Source: Candidatus Latescibacterota bacterium (lineage in GTDB: Bacteria > Latescibacterota > UBA2968). Taken from it: 64,000 bases of DNA. Numbering within the stretch: the first letter of the stretch is position 1; the number at the start of each line of letters is the position of its first letter. The translations under genes and the position numbers were made by a program. The stretch covers positions 2,176,001 through 2,240,000 of the forward strand of contig OZ241986.1 in assembly GCA_965204375.1 (NCBI GenBank), in the 5' to 3' direction. Below the pieces are notes generated by a model, which had not been told where the DNA came from, searched no databases, and saw only the letters and a program-made list of their open reading frames with translations. Shown here in pieces: positions 19,899 to 29,939 of this stretch.

Positions 19899-20032
19899 AT
19901 GAATAGACGAATCCCGCTCAACCACCCAAAGTTGTGACAAACTCCGTCGCTGATTCGTAGATTCGCTGATTCGTAGATTCGCTGATTCGCTGATTCGTAG
20001 ATTCGTAGATTCGTAGATTCGTAGATTCGCTA
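19884..20032. repeat. Inverted pair of 8-bp tandem arrays: about 3.5 GAATAGAC-like units, then 10 ATTCG(TA/CT)G units
   Basis: Arrays read directly at 19884-19912 and 19953-20032; the second abuts SD AGGAGG. Confidence 0.9.
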
Positions 20033-20043
20033 AGGAGGTAAAC

Positions 20044-21159
20044 TTGTCTTTAAAACCCGACCACTCAAAAGTACCTGGCGTCGTGATTGATCACAGCCCC
20101 GCCAGCACAAAACAATACCTGGGCAGCCCGAGCATCGTCATCATGCCCAACGGCGATTATATCGCATCCTATGATCTTTTTGGACCGGGCACAAATTACG
20201 ACCGCATGGCCGTATTTCGTTCGCGCGACAAAGGCGAAACATGGACTCGAATATCCGAACAGGTTGGCCAGTGGTGGTCCAATCTGTTTTTGCACAAAGG
20301 CGACCTCTATCTGCTCGGCACAAGCCGCGAATATGGCTATGCCGTAATTCGGCGATCTACGGACGGGGGTAAAACATGGACAGTGCCAAAAGACAAACAC
20401 ACCGGACAAATCTCTACTGAGGATCGATATCACTGTGCCCCAATGCCCGTCGTCGCCCACAATGGATATCTCTGGCGCGCTTATGAATTGGCACATGGTC
20501 CGCGAGAAGAGTGGAAAGCGCAGGTCCTCTCCATACCTGAAGATGCAGACCTGCTTCAAGCAGAGAACTGGCGATTTAGCGAAGCGTACCAACACCTCTG
20601 GTCAAGTTCACAGTGGATTGAAGGCAATATCGTGATCACACCAGATAATAAACTGGTAAACATCTTGCGTTCAAATTTGCGAAATGTCTCGCCCGAAGAG
20701 ATACAGGCGGGAAGTGATAAAGCGGCTATTTTACACATCTCAGAAGATGGCAAGACACTGACACACGACCGGGATAGAGACCTGATTGACTTTCCGGGTG
20801 GCGGTGTAAAATTCACAATCCGATTCGACGATCAAACACAGCGCTATTGGTCGCTGGGATGTAAACAAACCAATCCACCGGCATACCGAAATACACTGGT
20901 CTTGACATCATCTGCCGATTTGCAAACCTGGCGAATCGAATCCGTGATCCTGCACCATCCCGATCCAGAGAAACACGCATTTCAATACGTTGACTGGCAA
21001 TTTGAAGAAAACGATATAATCGTGGCATCGCGCACAGCTTATGACGATGGCCTGGGTGGCGCGCACAACGGGCATGATGCAAATTATTTGACATTTCATC
21101 GCATTGAAAATTTCAGGGATCGAACGATAGACGACCCGCCCTTAAATGAGAGAGAGTAG
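20044..21159 (+). CDS. Sialidase-like (BNR/Asp-box) beta-propeller hydrolase
   Basis: SRDKGETW and STDGGKTW Asp boxes, FQYVDW, HDANYLTFH. Confidence 0.8.
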   Translation: MSLKPDHSKVPGVVIDHSPASTKQYLGSPSIVIMPNGDYIASYDLFGPGTNYDRMAVFRSRDKGETWTRISEQVGQWWSNLFLHKGDLYLLGTSREYGYAVIRRSTDGGKTWTVPKDKHTGQISTEDRYHCAPMPVVAHNGYLWRAYELAHGPREEWKAQVLSIPEDADLLQAENWRFSEAYQHLWSSSQWIEGNIVITPDNKLVNILRSNLRNVSPEEIQAGSDKAAILHISEDGKTLTHDRDRDLIDFPGGGVKFTIRFDDQTQRYWSLGCKQTNPPAYRNTLVLTSSADLQTWRIESVILHHPDPEKHAFQYVDWQFEENDIIVASRTAYDDGLGGAHNGHDANYLTFHRIENFRDRTIDDPPLNERE

Positions 21160-21176
21160 CACTCGAGGAGAATATA

Positions 21177-22820
21177 ATGCAAGCAACTCACAACCTTCAG
21201 CCAGACAGGATATTTTACAATGGCAACCTGATTACCATGGCTGACTGTAGCGAGACTGCGGTTGCCGTACTGAATGGGGCTATATGCGCTGTGGGATCTG
21301 ATCAGGAGATTATCGGCCTTGCAGGTCCCGACACCGAACGTACCGACCTGGCGGGAAAAACTATGCTACCCGGGTTTTACGACACGCATGGACATTTCCC
21401 GAGCGCGGGACTCGTGGCTGTTTCTTCGGTGAATTGCAATTCTCCGCCAATGGGACCCGTGGAAAAAATCGATGATATTGTCCAGCTATTGGCAGAACGC
21501 GCCAAAGGAATACCAGAGGGCCAGTGGGTATTGGGCAGAGGCTACGACGATACCCTGATGAAAGAAAAACGACACCCCACACGAACAGACCTGGATCGAG
21601 CTTCGCAGAACCACCCGATTTGCATCGTCCACACCTCAGGCCATTTTGCTGCAGCAAACACATGTGCATTGGAACGCGCCGGAGTCCATTCCGACACGCC
21701 GAATCCAACGGGTGGCGTGATTCGCAAAGACCTCATCACAGGTGAGCCGGACGGCGTTTTGGAAGAGACCGCAATGCGCCCGGTGAGAAATCTGATCCCC
21801 CCACTGAACGAAGCCCAGTGGTTTGAAGGATTAGAGATCGCGGTAGATGAATATGTCCGCGAGGGCGTAACCTCCGTAGTAATCGCTGGCTGCAACCGCC
21901 GCGACATAGCCCGACTGCAAACAGCCATCGACAGCGGCAAGCTGCCCTTGCGCATGGTTTGTATGACCGGAAAGAGCAAGCCGGGCCAGCAGTCGATTCT
22001 GGAGACGAGTGGATTGAAAACGGGCTTCGGAACGGACCGCTTGCGGTTGGGGGCGGTAAAAATGTTTCAGGATGGATCAATCCAGGGCTATACGGGTTAT
22101 CTGAGCAAACCCTATCACGAACCATTTATGGGCGATACCCAGTATCGCGGCTATCCGATGCGAAGCCGAGAAGCATTGGTCGAGATGGTGGATGAAGCCC
22201 ATCGGGCGGGCAAGCAGATTGCGATACACGGCAATGGAGATGCGGCGATTGACGATATTTTATCTGCCTATGAACAGGCGCAACAAAAAACGCCCCGCAC
22301 AGATACTCGGCATCGCATTGAGCACTGTCAAACGGTGAGAGAAGATCAACTCGATAAAATGCAAACACTGGGCGTGACACCCTCTTTTTTTGTTCAGCAC
22401 ACCTATTACTGGGGCGACCGCCACGAAGCGATTTTTTTGGGACCAGAGCGCGCACATCGAATCAGCCCATTGAAATCCGCGTCTAATCGTGGAATTCGCT
22501 TTACCATCCACAACGACTCGCCAGTAACCCCGACCAAATCGCTCTTTTCCGTCTGGTCCGCAGTGAACCGCCTCTCGCGCAGTAGAAAGTGCATGGGCGA
22601 AGCACAGCGAATCGGTCTGGAACAGGCATTTCGAGCAATCACAATTGACGCCGCTTGGCAAAATTTTGAAGAAAATGTAAAAGGGTCAATCGAGGTGGGC
22701 AAGCTGGCGGACTTTGTGGTTTTAGAATCAGATCCATTCGTAGGAGATATATTGGCTATAAAAGAGATTGATGTAATGGAGACAATTGTGGGAGGAAAGA
22801 CAGTTTATCGAAAAACGTGA
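21177..22820 (+). CDS. Amidohydrolase family 3 (YtcJ-like)
   Basis: LPGFYDTHGH, KMFQDGS, IHGNGDAAI, RIEHCQ and GKLADFVVL. Confidence 0.9.
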   Translation: MQATHNLQPDRIFYNGNLITMADCSETAVAVLNGAICAVGSDQEIIGLAGPDTERTDLAGKTMLPGFYDTHGHFPSAGLVAVSSVNCNSPPMGPVEKIDDIVQLLAERAKGIPEGQWVLGRGYDDTLMKEKRHPTRTDLDRASQNHPICIVHTSGHFAAANTCALERAGVHSDTPNPTGGVIRKDLITGEPDGVLEETAMRPVRNLIPPLNEAQWFEGLEIAVDEYVREGVTSVVIAGCNRRDIARLQTAIDSGKLPLRMVCMTGKSKPGQQSILETSGLKTGFGTDRLRLGAVKMFQDGSIQGYTGYLSKPYHEPFMGDTQYRGYPMRSREALVEMVDEAHRAGKQIAIHGNGDAAIDDILSAYEQAQQKTPRTDTRHRIEHCQTVREDQLDKMQTLGVTPSFFVQHTYYWGDRHEAIFLGPERAHRISPLKSASNRGIRFTIHNDSPVTPTKSLFSVWSAVNRLSRSRKCMGEAQRIGLEQAFRAITIDAAWQNFEENVKGSIEVGKLADFVVLESDPFVGDILAIKEIDVMETIVGGKTVYRKT

Positions 22821-22840
22821 AGGTAACTCCGAGCTAAAAA

Positions 22841-23602
22841 TCAAAACGCGATTGTCAAACCCATGGGCGCAGGCTCAAAAACCACGCTATCAAATAGATT
22901 CAGAACCCAAATCGCACCGAGGACACCGATCAGAATATTCACCCGTTTTTCACTGGATTTAACGTCTCGATAACGCGCCTCCCACTCGGTATAGCGCGTC
23001 CCATCGTCATTTGTATAACGCTGGTTTACATGTTGAAATATATTCGTCTGATTGTAGTGATCACGGGCACTCTGAAAATTCCGAAACTGAAACTGCAACA
23101 TGACAGACGTACCAATCACTGCACCGAGAAATGCGTATCCCTTTTTCTTATACCCCCGGTAATACTGTCCCCATCCTGGAAAGACCAAAGACCGCATCGC
23201 AGCGGACAAGCGTTTGGTCTTCAGGCGACGTGCCGCCTCCTCACCGTGCAACAAAGCCCACCAGAATGCGCCGGAATCTGCATTTTCAAAATAGCCCCGA
23301 TCCAATCGGTTATTCAATGCAAACGCCTCTCGAAATGCCCAATCAGCACGCAGAGAATCTCCCGCTGCAAGATAGCAACAGCCCAGATCAAAAAACAGAC
23401 GCGCGCGTGAATCTCGATTCATCGGCGTCAGCTTCGGCGAGAGTTGCGCCACACCCGGCACAGCCAACAAATACCCTATCGCACCTCCATAATCACCCTG
23501 TTTGTAGCGCACCTCAGCCTCTCGAACATAAGGCGGAACATCCTGAGCACCTGCAATACCAAAAGCACCGATAAGCGCGACAAAAATAAAAAATCTCATC
23601 AT
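22841..23602 (-). CDS. TPR plus DUF5683-like secreted/membrane protein
   Basis: Signal peptide, TPR-like helices, AMRSLVFPGWGQYY and WVLNLFDS. Confidence 0.7.
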   Translation of the reverse strand: MMRFFIFVALIGAFGIAGAQDVPPYVREAEVRYKQGDYGGAIGYLLAVPGVAQLSPKLTPMNRDSRARLFFDLGCCYLAAGDSLRADWAFREAFALNNRLDRGYFENADSGAFWWALLHGEEAARRLKTKRLSAAMRSLVFPGWGQYYRGYKKKGYAFLGAVIGTSVMLQFQFRNFQSARDHYNQTNIFQHVNQRYTNDDGTRYTEWEARYRDVKSSEKRVNILIGVLGAIWVLNLFDSVVFEPAPMGLTIAF

Positions 23603-23612
23603 ATCCCCTCAA

Positions 23613-25166
23613 TCAATTCGAATCGGCCTGGACAAAAGGCACCAGGAACGGAGGCGCACTCTTAAACAGAACAATATGATTTTGTGCATCCCATACATAC
23701 ACACCACCATCATGAGAGACAACCAAACCCGCAGGATCCAAAACCAGATCATCAGGAACGCTCCACTGTAATACAGGCTGTCCGTCAGCATTAAAAACCA
23801 TAACCCGATCTCGAGCCAGTACAAATACAGATCTGGGACCACTGCCAACCCACACGGGAAAAACACCATCGGGCAACACAACCTCTTCCCAAACAGGCTG
23901 TGACCCCATGTGGCTTGTATCTGTGCGCAATACCTCTCCCAATGTCGTCACCATCCAGATATCAGATCCCAAAACCGCCAGACTTTGGATCGCACCTTCA
24001 ATGTCCGTATCATAAGACCCACGTTCAATAATGGTATTTACATTAAATGAGAATGCCTTTAACCCCTGTCCAATACCCACCCAAATCGTGCCATCTCGCG
24101 CAATCGCCATCGCGGTAGGCAACTCAGAATCCGCAACGCGCCAGTCCTCGTATTGCCAGGGAATCTCAGAGATGCTCAACTGAGTTGACCGAAACGCAGA
24201 AAACTGCACCTCTCTGGTCTCTGGCAAAATGCCGCCGAGTAATACAGTGGGAAGAACACGGATTCCAGCAGAGACTGCGACAACTGAGAGAGATTCCAAT
24301 CGCAACCCCGCGCGGTTGGGCACGGGCAGCACGCGCGAACTACCCTCATATCCCGTATGGTTGACCTCGCGTATGGAAATGGCATCGGATGTCGCGAGCA
24401 ACGCCAGGGCGGGACTTGCAAAAGTAGTAGCGGCCGTCAAAGCCACAAACACATTCGGTGCCTCGACAATATTAAAATTATGCCGCCATTGATACGGGTA
24501 TATAAACATCTCGCGGCTTTCGAGCACCACATCGCGATCCATCGTATTCCGCAAGCGATACGTATATTTGTGGTTGCCCTCTATAATCACATCGGTAAAA
24601 CTCGCAACTTCGGGATCTTCAGACTGAAAAATCACCTGCGCTGCCGCATCATCTACAGCACGCAACAACTCATAGCGACGGGGAACACCTGCCGCCAAAT
24701 GCCAGTTGATAGTCGCTGTACCCTCTTCGGGCAAAAACTGGATCGTTTCCAATATCGCCCCGGGAATCTGCACCGAGCCTACGGTTGCTCTTGCTGGTTT
24801 CTTTTCGGCGGTTTCTGTATGCAGGCTATAACGGTGCTGTTCACCAGCCTGGATATCAAAATGCGCTATTGGCATCATCTCCCACACATCTGCACGGTGG
24901 TTCGCTTCCCGCGAAGGCGCAGGCAAATCACGCCAGGGAAATCCGCGCCAGCCATCGCGCTCACTGCGCCAAAAACGATAGCGCACCACAGGTTCAATAC
25001 CCAGATATTCCCATTCGAGTACAACCGCATTCTGCTCCTCGTCATATCTCAGATCAAAGGGGACCACAATCCGCGAATTAGCCGGATCAGTAGCGAGATC
25101 GCGCCTGGAATCACACCCGGCCAACACCAAAAGACACAGAAAAAAATATCTGACACTATTTCCCAT
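23613..25166 (-). CDS. Putative lipoprotein with FN3-like and beta-propeller-like segments
   Basis: Lipobox-like LAGC, FTDV..EGNHKYTYRL, and C-terminal PAGLVVSHDGGVYVWD. Start at ATG 25166 overlaps the upstream stop. Confidence 0.6.
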   Translation of the reverse strand: MGNSVRYFFLCLLVLAGCDSRRDLATDPANSRIVVPFDLRYDEEQNAVVLEWEYLGIEPVVRYRFWRSERDGWRGFPWRDLPAPSREANHRADVWEMMPIAHFDIQAGEQHRYSLHTETAEKKPARATVGSVQIPGAILETIQFLPEEGTATINWHLAAGVPRRYELLRAVDDAAAQVIFQSEDPEVASFTDVIIEGNHKYTYRLRNTMDRDVVLESREMFIYPYQWRHNFNIVEAPNVFVALTAATTFASPALALLATSDAISIREVNHTGYEGSSRVLPVPNRAGLRLESLSVVAVSAGIRVLPTVLLGGILPETREVQFSAFRSTQLSISEIPWQYEDWRVADSELPTAMAIARDGTIWVGIGQGLKAFSFNVNTIIERGSYDTDIEGAIQSLAVLGSDIWMVTTLGEVLRTDTSHMGSQPVWEEVVLPDGVFPVWVGSGPRSVFVLARDRVMVFNADGQPVLQWSVPDDLVLDPAGLVVSHDGGVYVWDAQNHIVLFKSAPPFLVPFVQADSN

Positions 25167-28100
25167 ATCGAAACACAATCTCCTTTGAAACACGACGCTG
25201 TGCATTTAAATCTTCCACGATAATTTTCACCCGGTTGCGTCCCTGTTTCGCCTTTGTCAGATCGACAAATTGATAAACCTGCACGCTCGGCTGTGTATCC
25301 ACCTGTTCAAACGACATCGACACTTCGGGATTGACCTCCTGACCGGTCAACAGCATTCGCAAACCCTCTACCTGTTCCAGAGCCGCAATCTGAATGGTCA
25401 CGCGATAGCGCGTCTGCCCAAACTCGTCTGCCACCAGATTATACACCTCAAAATACAACCCCATCTCCTGTCCAACGAGAAATGCGCGCGTAGGCAAAGG
25501 CAGCACGCGCAAATTCTTTCGGCGAAAAGAATCATCTACATCCGTCTCGTCAATCTGCGCGGCCAATACCGGATCGCTAATCTGCAATTCCGAATCGCCA
25601 TAAGGCTCAACCGCAATAACCTGCCGCAACAAACTGACGCGATTGGCACTGACATTCTCCGCCTTCACCGTCAAATGATAGGTGCCGGGCGGTACGGGCA
25701 AGGTCAATAAATCAGTCAGCATGGCATTCGAATCAGATGGCGTGTCTTTCCGCACAACCGTTCGACTCGTGCGAAACGCGCGGTTTGTAACCGAATCATA
25801 AAGCGCAATAGATAGTGTCAAATCGCCTCTGCCAATCTTCTCCACATCCAGCGGCAAACCATAAGCCACATCCACCTGCGTCATGAAATACCCCCCGCGC
25901 GCATCGGCCACATCGTAATAAAATTCCAACTCCCGCGTTTGCCACCACGGCCGATATTGCTCTGGCATCTCGCCTACGGCCTGCATATAAACCGTTTCCG
26001 GCGCGTTTTCTTGAATCCGCGCTATGGATCGCATCCCCGGCGGCTGGCGCAGCGGAATCGGCGCAAAATTGAAATGCCCCGATCCCATCTCATCCGTAAA
26101 TGTAATCTCCATCCCCCCACCAACCGTCACATACACCCACGATTCCCAGGGCACGAGACTATTATCTTCCCCGGAGGTAACGGGCAAATATCCATCGCCT
26201 ATAACGTGAGAAGCCACAGCTCTTCTCCCCGTCATCATCCCAAACGAATCGGCCATCATCGCACGCGAACTCCGCACGGGAAACACCGTGCCCACGAGCG
26301 CGCCCCTGGAGGAGCGAGTGTACAACTGCGCGTACAAATCGTCTTTTACCCGCTGCACCGCAACACTCATCACCTCTGGCGCGCGCCCAGACCGCGAGCG
26401 ATAATCCGGCTCACCATAGCGCAAATACACCTCACCGCGCCGATCCCATGGATACGCAGACCCTGCGAAATATTGCCGCGCCATCCACACACGCTGATAG
26501 TGTTCTTGCAAACGCTCATTCACTTCTGTAGTCGGGTCCAGATCCTTTTGCATCCAGAATCGATCGATAAAATCTTGCTTCTCCGCATCGGAAAGCGCAT
26601 TGTAGATCGCGCGTTGGGCATCTGACAAAATAGGAGATGGATCGACGTACAACGCCAGCGTCTGTGCATCAATCTGTTCCAAAAACCGATCCCAATACAC
26701 CGAAGCGCGTTCGTAATCCCCCGCCCGATAAGCCCATTGTGCTGCAACGGGCAACAAATCGAGTGCCCCGGGATGGCGTTTCATAAATGGCAAAATCTGT
26801 CGCTCTATCGCCTGCTGATCCTCCATACGCAACAACACAGCACCCAGCTTTGTCACCGCATCAACATCATCCGGTTCTATGGACAAATAGTGCGTATAAT
26901 ACGCAGCGGCTGTTGTATTGTCCTGAGACAAAGCGTAAAAATCATCGCGCGCAAACCAGTCACCCAACAACTGATAGGGCGCGCTATACGTCGAATCAAT
27001 CGCGATCGCCCGAGACGCCATATCCACGCACTGACTCGTACCGATATCAAAATACACCGACGCCAGTTGGTAATACAAATCTGCGCGCGTCGTATCCGCT
27101 TCTATAGCGCGATAAAAATACGAAACTGCGCGCTGCCGAAGGGCTGGGCGTCGCGCATAAACCCGTCCTAACCCCTCATAGGCCAGCACCCGGCTATCCT
27201 CAAAAGACTCGGCTTTCAAAAATGCCTCTTCAGCATCGCTCAAAAGCCCGCGTTCCAGCGCGACCATACCCCGATTCACCCAGCCCGGTCCGTCTTGAGG
27301 TTCCGGCTGATTAGCCCAGGCATCCGTCTGAGTGCCCGATTTAACCTTTGCCAATCCCGCGACCAGATCTGTGGCAATCGTCTGCGACAAATCGTCAAAT
27401 CGATCCTTGCGCCAGACGCGCCGACCATTGGCACTGCCCGCCCACAAAATACGACCAGACGACGTATCAATCAGCCGCAGTGCAACCCCCACAGCATTGA
27501 TCGCATTGTCCTTGCCCGTAGCCATCAAACTACCGCATAAAACAGCATCTGCCTTATGCGACAACAACGTCCTATCTGCAGTACTCAGGCGCGCGCCTAC
27601 CGGCTGTGATATATCCAATCTATCAAATAACCCATCACCTATCATACCCTCTCTAATCAACCGCTCATACCCGCCCACCAGCGCTGTTTGCGAAGTGTGC
27701 AAAGGCGCGAATATCACCTGCAATGGCCATTCATCTGACCGCATCATCTTACCATGCCGATTGGCTTCCTGAAAGCCGAGTTGCGCCATCAAATTGCCCA
27801 GTGCAATCTCTCCTATATCGCGCTGGGCATAAATCCACTGCCATTTGACATCATCTCGCGCCTTGCCCATCCAAATGGGTTCTCCAGTATCCAAATCCAC
27901 AATCCGCACATGCAATGTGCGCGTCCCGGCATCAGAAACAAATCCGATCAACGCCCGATCTGCACGGGCTGCTGTTTTCAACAAAAATAGATCATAGTCT
28001 TTCAACGCCTGTTTTGTCTCCACCATCCCCATCATCTTGATCCGTGGAATCGTATCAGGCTCCACCAGTTCAAACCAGCGCCCCTGATAGGCGGGAATAT

Positions 28101-28293
28101 CCCGATGGCGCATCAACTCATCTACCAGACGGTCAGCCATAAAAACCCCGTAATCGGGATCCTTCTCCGAAAGTAGTGGAAACACCGCCAGACGAGGAAC
28201 CGCTTCACGCTGCGGCAACACCTCCTCACACTGCACCGCTGAGGAAAACACGAGCAATAAAATTGAAAGAAGATATCTCATTGTATTTTGCAT
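25156..28293 (-). CDS. GWxTD-domain protein with TPR repeats
   Basis: Signal peptide, TPR array, and FIDRFWMQKDLDPTTEVNERLQEHYQRV...WDRRGEVYLRYGEPD. Confidence 0.85.
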   Translation of the reverse strand: MQNTMRYLLSILLLVFSSAVQCEEVLPQREAVPRLAVFPLLSEKDPDYGVFMADRLVDELMRHRDIPAYQGRWFELVEPDTIPRIKMMGMVETKQALKDYDLFLLKTAARADRALIGFVSDAGTRTLHVRIVDLDTGEPIWMGKARDDVKWQWIYAQRDIGEIALGNLMAQLGFQEANRHGKMMRSDEWPLQVIFAPLHTSQTALVGGYERLIREGMIGDGLFDRLDISQPVGARLSTADRTLLSHKADAVLCGSLMATGKDNAINAVGVALRLIDTSSGRILWAGSANGRRVWRKDRFDDLSQTIATDLVAGLAKVKSGTQTDAWANQPEPQDGPGWVNRGMVALERGLLSDAEEAFLKAESFEDSRVLAYEGLGRVYARRPALRQRAVSYFYRAIEADTTRADLYYQLASVYFDIGTSQCVDMASRAIAIDSTYSAPYQLLGDWFARDDFYALSQDNTTAAAYYTHYLSIEPDDVDAVTKLGAVLLRMEDQQAIERQILPFMKRHPGALDLLPVAAQWAYRAGDYERASVYWDRFLEQIDAQTLALYVDPSPILSDAQRAIYNALSDAEKQDFIDRFWMQKDLDPTTEVNERLQEHYQRVWMARQYFAGSAYPWDRRGEVYLRYGEPDYRSRSGRAPEVMSVAVQRVKDDLYAQLYTRSSRGALVGTVFPVRSSRAMMADSFGMMTGRRAVASHVIGDGYLPVTSGEDNSLVPWESWVYVTVGGGMEITFTDEMGSGHFNFAPIPLRQPPGMRSIARIQENAPETVYMQAVGEMPEQYRPWWQTRELEFYYDVADARGGYFMTQVDVAYGLPLDVEKIGRGDLTLSIALYDSVTNRAFRTSRTVVRKDTPSDSNAMLTDLLTLPVPPGTYHLTVKAENVSANRVSLLRQVIAVEPYGDSELQISDPVLAAQIDETDVDDSFRRKNLRVLPLPTRAFLVGQEMGLYFEVYNLVADEFGQTRYRVTIQIAALEQVEGLRMLLTGQEVNPEVSMSFEQVDTQPSVQVYQFVDLTKAKQGRNRVKIIVEDLNAQRRVSKEIVFRYGK

Positions 28294-28437
28294 TATGGCA
28301 TCTCGGTCTTAAAGTACTGATTGAAAAATTTTCAGACTCCCGGACAGTCAATCCCTCTTACCGCGATCTTGCCATTCTTAGCTCTTTCATTTTTTAAAAT
28401 GATTTTATGCGAAATAATTAGCATATAAATTTCAAAA

Positions 28438-28466
28438 AAAATAGCCAATTAAAAACTCGTTGTCAA
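28438..28466 (-). promoter_or_regulatory. Putative sigma70 promoter (TTGACA-N17-TATTTT) for the GWxTD operon
   Basis: Reverse strand reads TTGACA acgagtttttaattggc TATTTT. Confidence 0.5.
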
Positions 28467-28522
28467 GATTAGATCAAATTGTTGGTGGATACCGCAAAGG
28501 ACGTTGGTGTTGCGTTGAGCCA

Positions 28523-29908
28523 GAGGTATATTCAAAAGTTGTGGATGAGTAAAAGAAAAGAGCGTATCCTATAGTATCACAAAAACCTAAAATCCCTCCA
28601 GGAGGGAGAAAGGACACGCTCGTGAAAGAATATACCCCATTTGAAGTGGAAAGCATAGTGCAAGATACACTGGCCGAGAGCCTCGAGGAAGTCATAAGAA
28701 ATGGTGCGCGTAAGATGTTATGTGCCGCCTTGCGGTATGAAGTGAATGAATACATAGCCCGATTTGCTGATCAGGTGGATGAAAAGGGTCATCGTGAGGT
28801 GGTCAAAAATGGGTATCATCCTGCCCGAGAAGTCACCACTGGTATTGGTAAAATACCCGTCAAACAACCCCGCGTTCACGATCGTCGAGACGGGGAGCAC
28901 TTCACCAGTGCGATCCTGCCTAAATATGCCCGTCGCAGTCCGAGCATTGATACATTGATCCCCACACTGTATCTGAAAGGGGTCTCTACCTCGGCCTTCC
29001 CACAAGCACTCGAAGCGATCTTAGGCAAAGGCGCACCAGGGCTTTCACCAGCCAATATCACGCGCTTAAAGCGTATTTGGGAAGACGAGTATAAACAATG
29101 GCAAAAGCGCGACTTGCACGATAAAGCCTATGTCTATATCTGGGCAGACGGTATCTATTTTAACGTACGCCTGTCTGATGATCGCCCCTGTGTTCTCGTG
29201 CTCATTGGTGCCACAGCAGAAGGTAAAAAGGAAGTCCTTGCCATAGAGCAGGGACAGCGTGAGAGCACCTTATCTTGGAAAACCCTCTTACTGGATGTCA
29301 AAGCACGCGGGTTGCGCCTTGCCCCTGCGCTTGCCATAGGCGATGGGGCAATGGGCTTCTGGCACGCATTGGAAGAGACATTCCCTGCCACGAAACATCA
29401 GCGCTGCTGGGTGCATAAGAGTGCTAATGTGTTGGATAAGCTACCCAAATCTGTGCAGCCGGATGCCAAGAGACTCCTTCAAGATATGTATCAGTCGCCG
29501 ACAAAAGAGGCCGCGCACAAGGTCTATGACCACTTCTTGAGTCTGTATCAGGATCGCTATGAAAAAGCCTGTGACTGCCTCACCAAAGATTTTGAGGTGC
29601 TCTTCACCTTTTATGATTTTCCTGCCAAACACTGGATCCATTTACGCACCACCAACCCGATTGAATCGACTTTTGCTACCGTCAGGCATCGCACGAGGCA
29701 GACAAAAGGCTGCGGATCGGTCAAAGCCACAATGGCGATGGTGTATAAACTGGCTCTTGAAGCTGAAAAAACATGGGTCAGATTACGCGGTTACAAGCTC
29801 ATACCCCTCGTCATTGACGGGGTGAAATTCGTAGATGGTGAACGCAAAATCGCTGCATAATCATAAAGGATGCGTTCTAAACCCATCCACAACATTTGAC
29901 AATATCTC
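28523..29908 (+). mobile_element. Complete IS256-family insertion sequence (1386 bp) with imperfect ~27-bp terminal IRs and a 9-bp target-site duplication GTTGAGCCA
   Basis: IRL GAGGTATATTCAAAAGTTGTGGATGAG versus reverse-complemented IRR GAGATATTGTCAAATGTTGTGGATGGG; GTTGAGCCA at 28514-28522 and 29909-29917. Confidence 0.95.
28622..29860 (+). CDS. IS256 (Mutator-type DDE) transposase
   Basis: KNGY, YIWADG, AIGDG, QRCWVHK and LRTTNPIES. Confidence 0.95.
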   Translation: MKEYTPFEVESIVQDTLAESLEEVIRNGARKMLCAALRYEVNEYIARFADQVDEKGHREVVKNGYHPAREVTTGIGKIPVKQPRVHDRRDGEHFTSAILPKYARRSPSIDTLIPTLYLKGVSTSAFPQALEAILGKGAPGLSPANITRLKRIWEDEYKQWQKRDLHDKAYVYIWADGIYFNVRLSDDRPCVLVLIGATAEGKKEVLAIEQGQRESTLSWKTLLLDVKARGLRLAPALAIGDGAMGFWHALEETFPATKHQRCWVHKSANVLDKLPKSVQPDAKRLLQDMYQSPTKEAAHKVYDHFLSLYQDRYEKACDCLTKDFEVLFTFYDFPAKHWIHLRTTNPIESTFATVRHRTRQTKGCGSVKATMAMVYKLALEAEKTWVRLRGYKLIPLVIDGVKFVDGERKIAA

Positions 29909-29939
29909 GTTGAGCCACGCTCTGATGTTTGCAACCGCT

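Noticed and set aside
19953-20032. CRISPR array
   Set aside because: 8-bp tandem units with no unique spacers, and no cas genes in the window
28466-28490. Second IS256-like end (ATCAAATTGTTGGTGGAT) upstream of the IS
   Set aside because: Only a gapped partial match, with no partner repeat or TSD; the true ends are fixed by the 9-bp duplication
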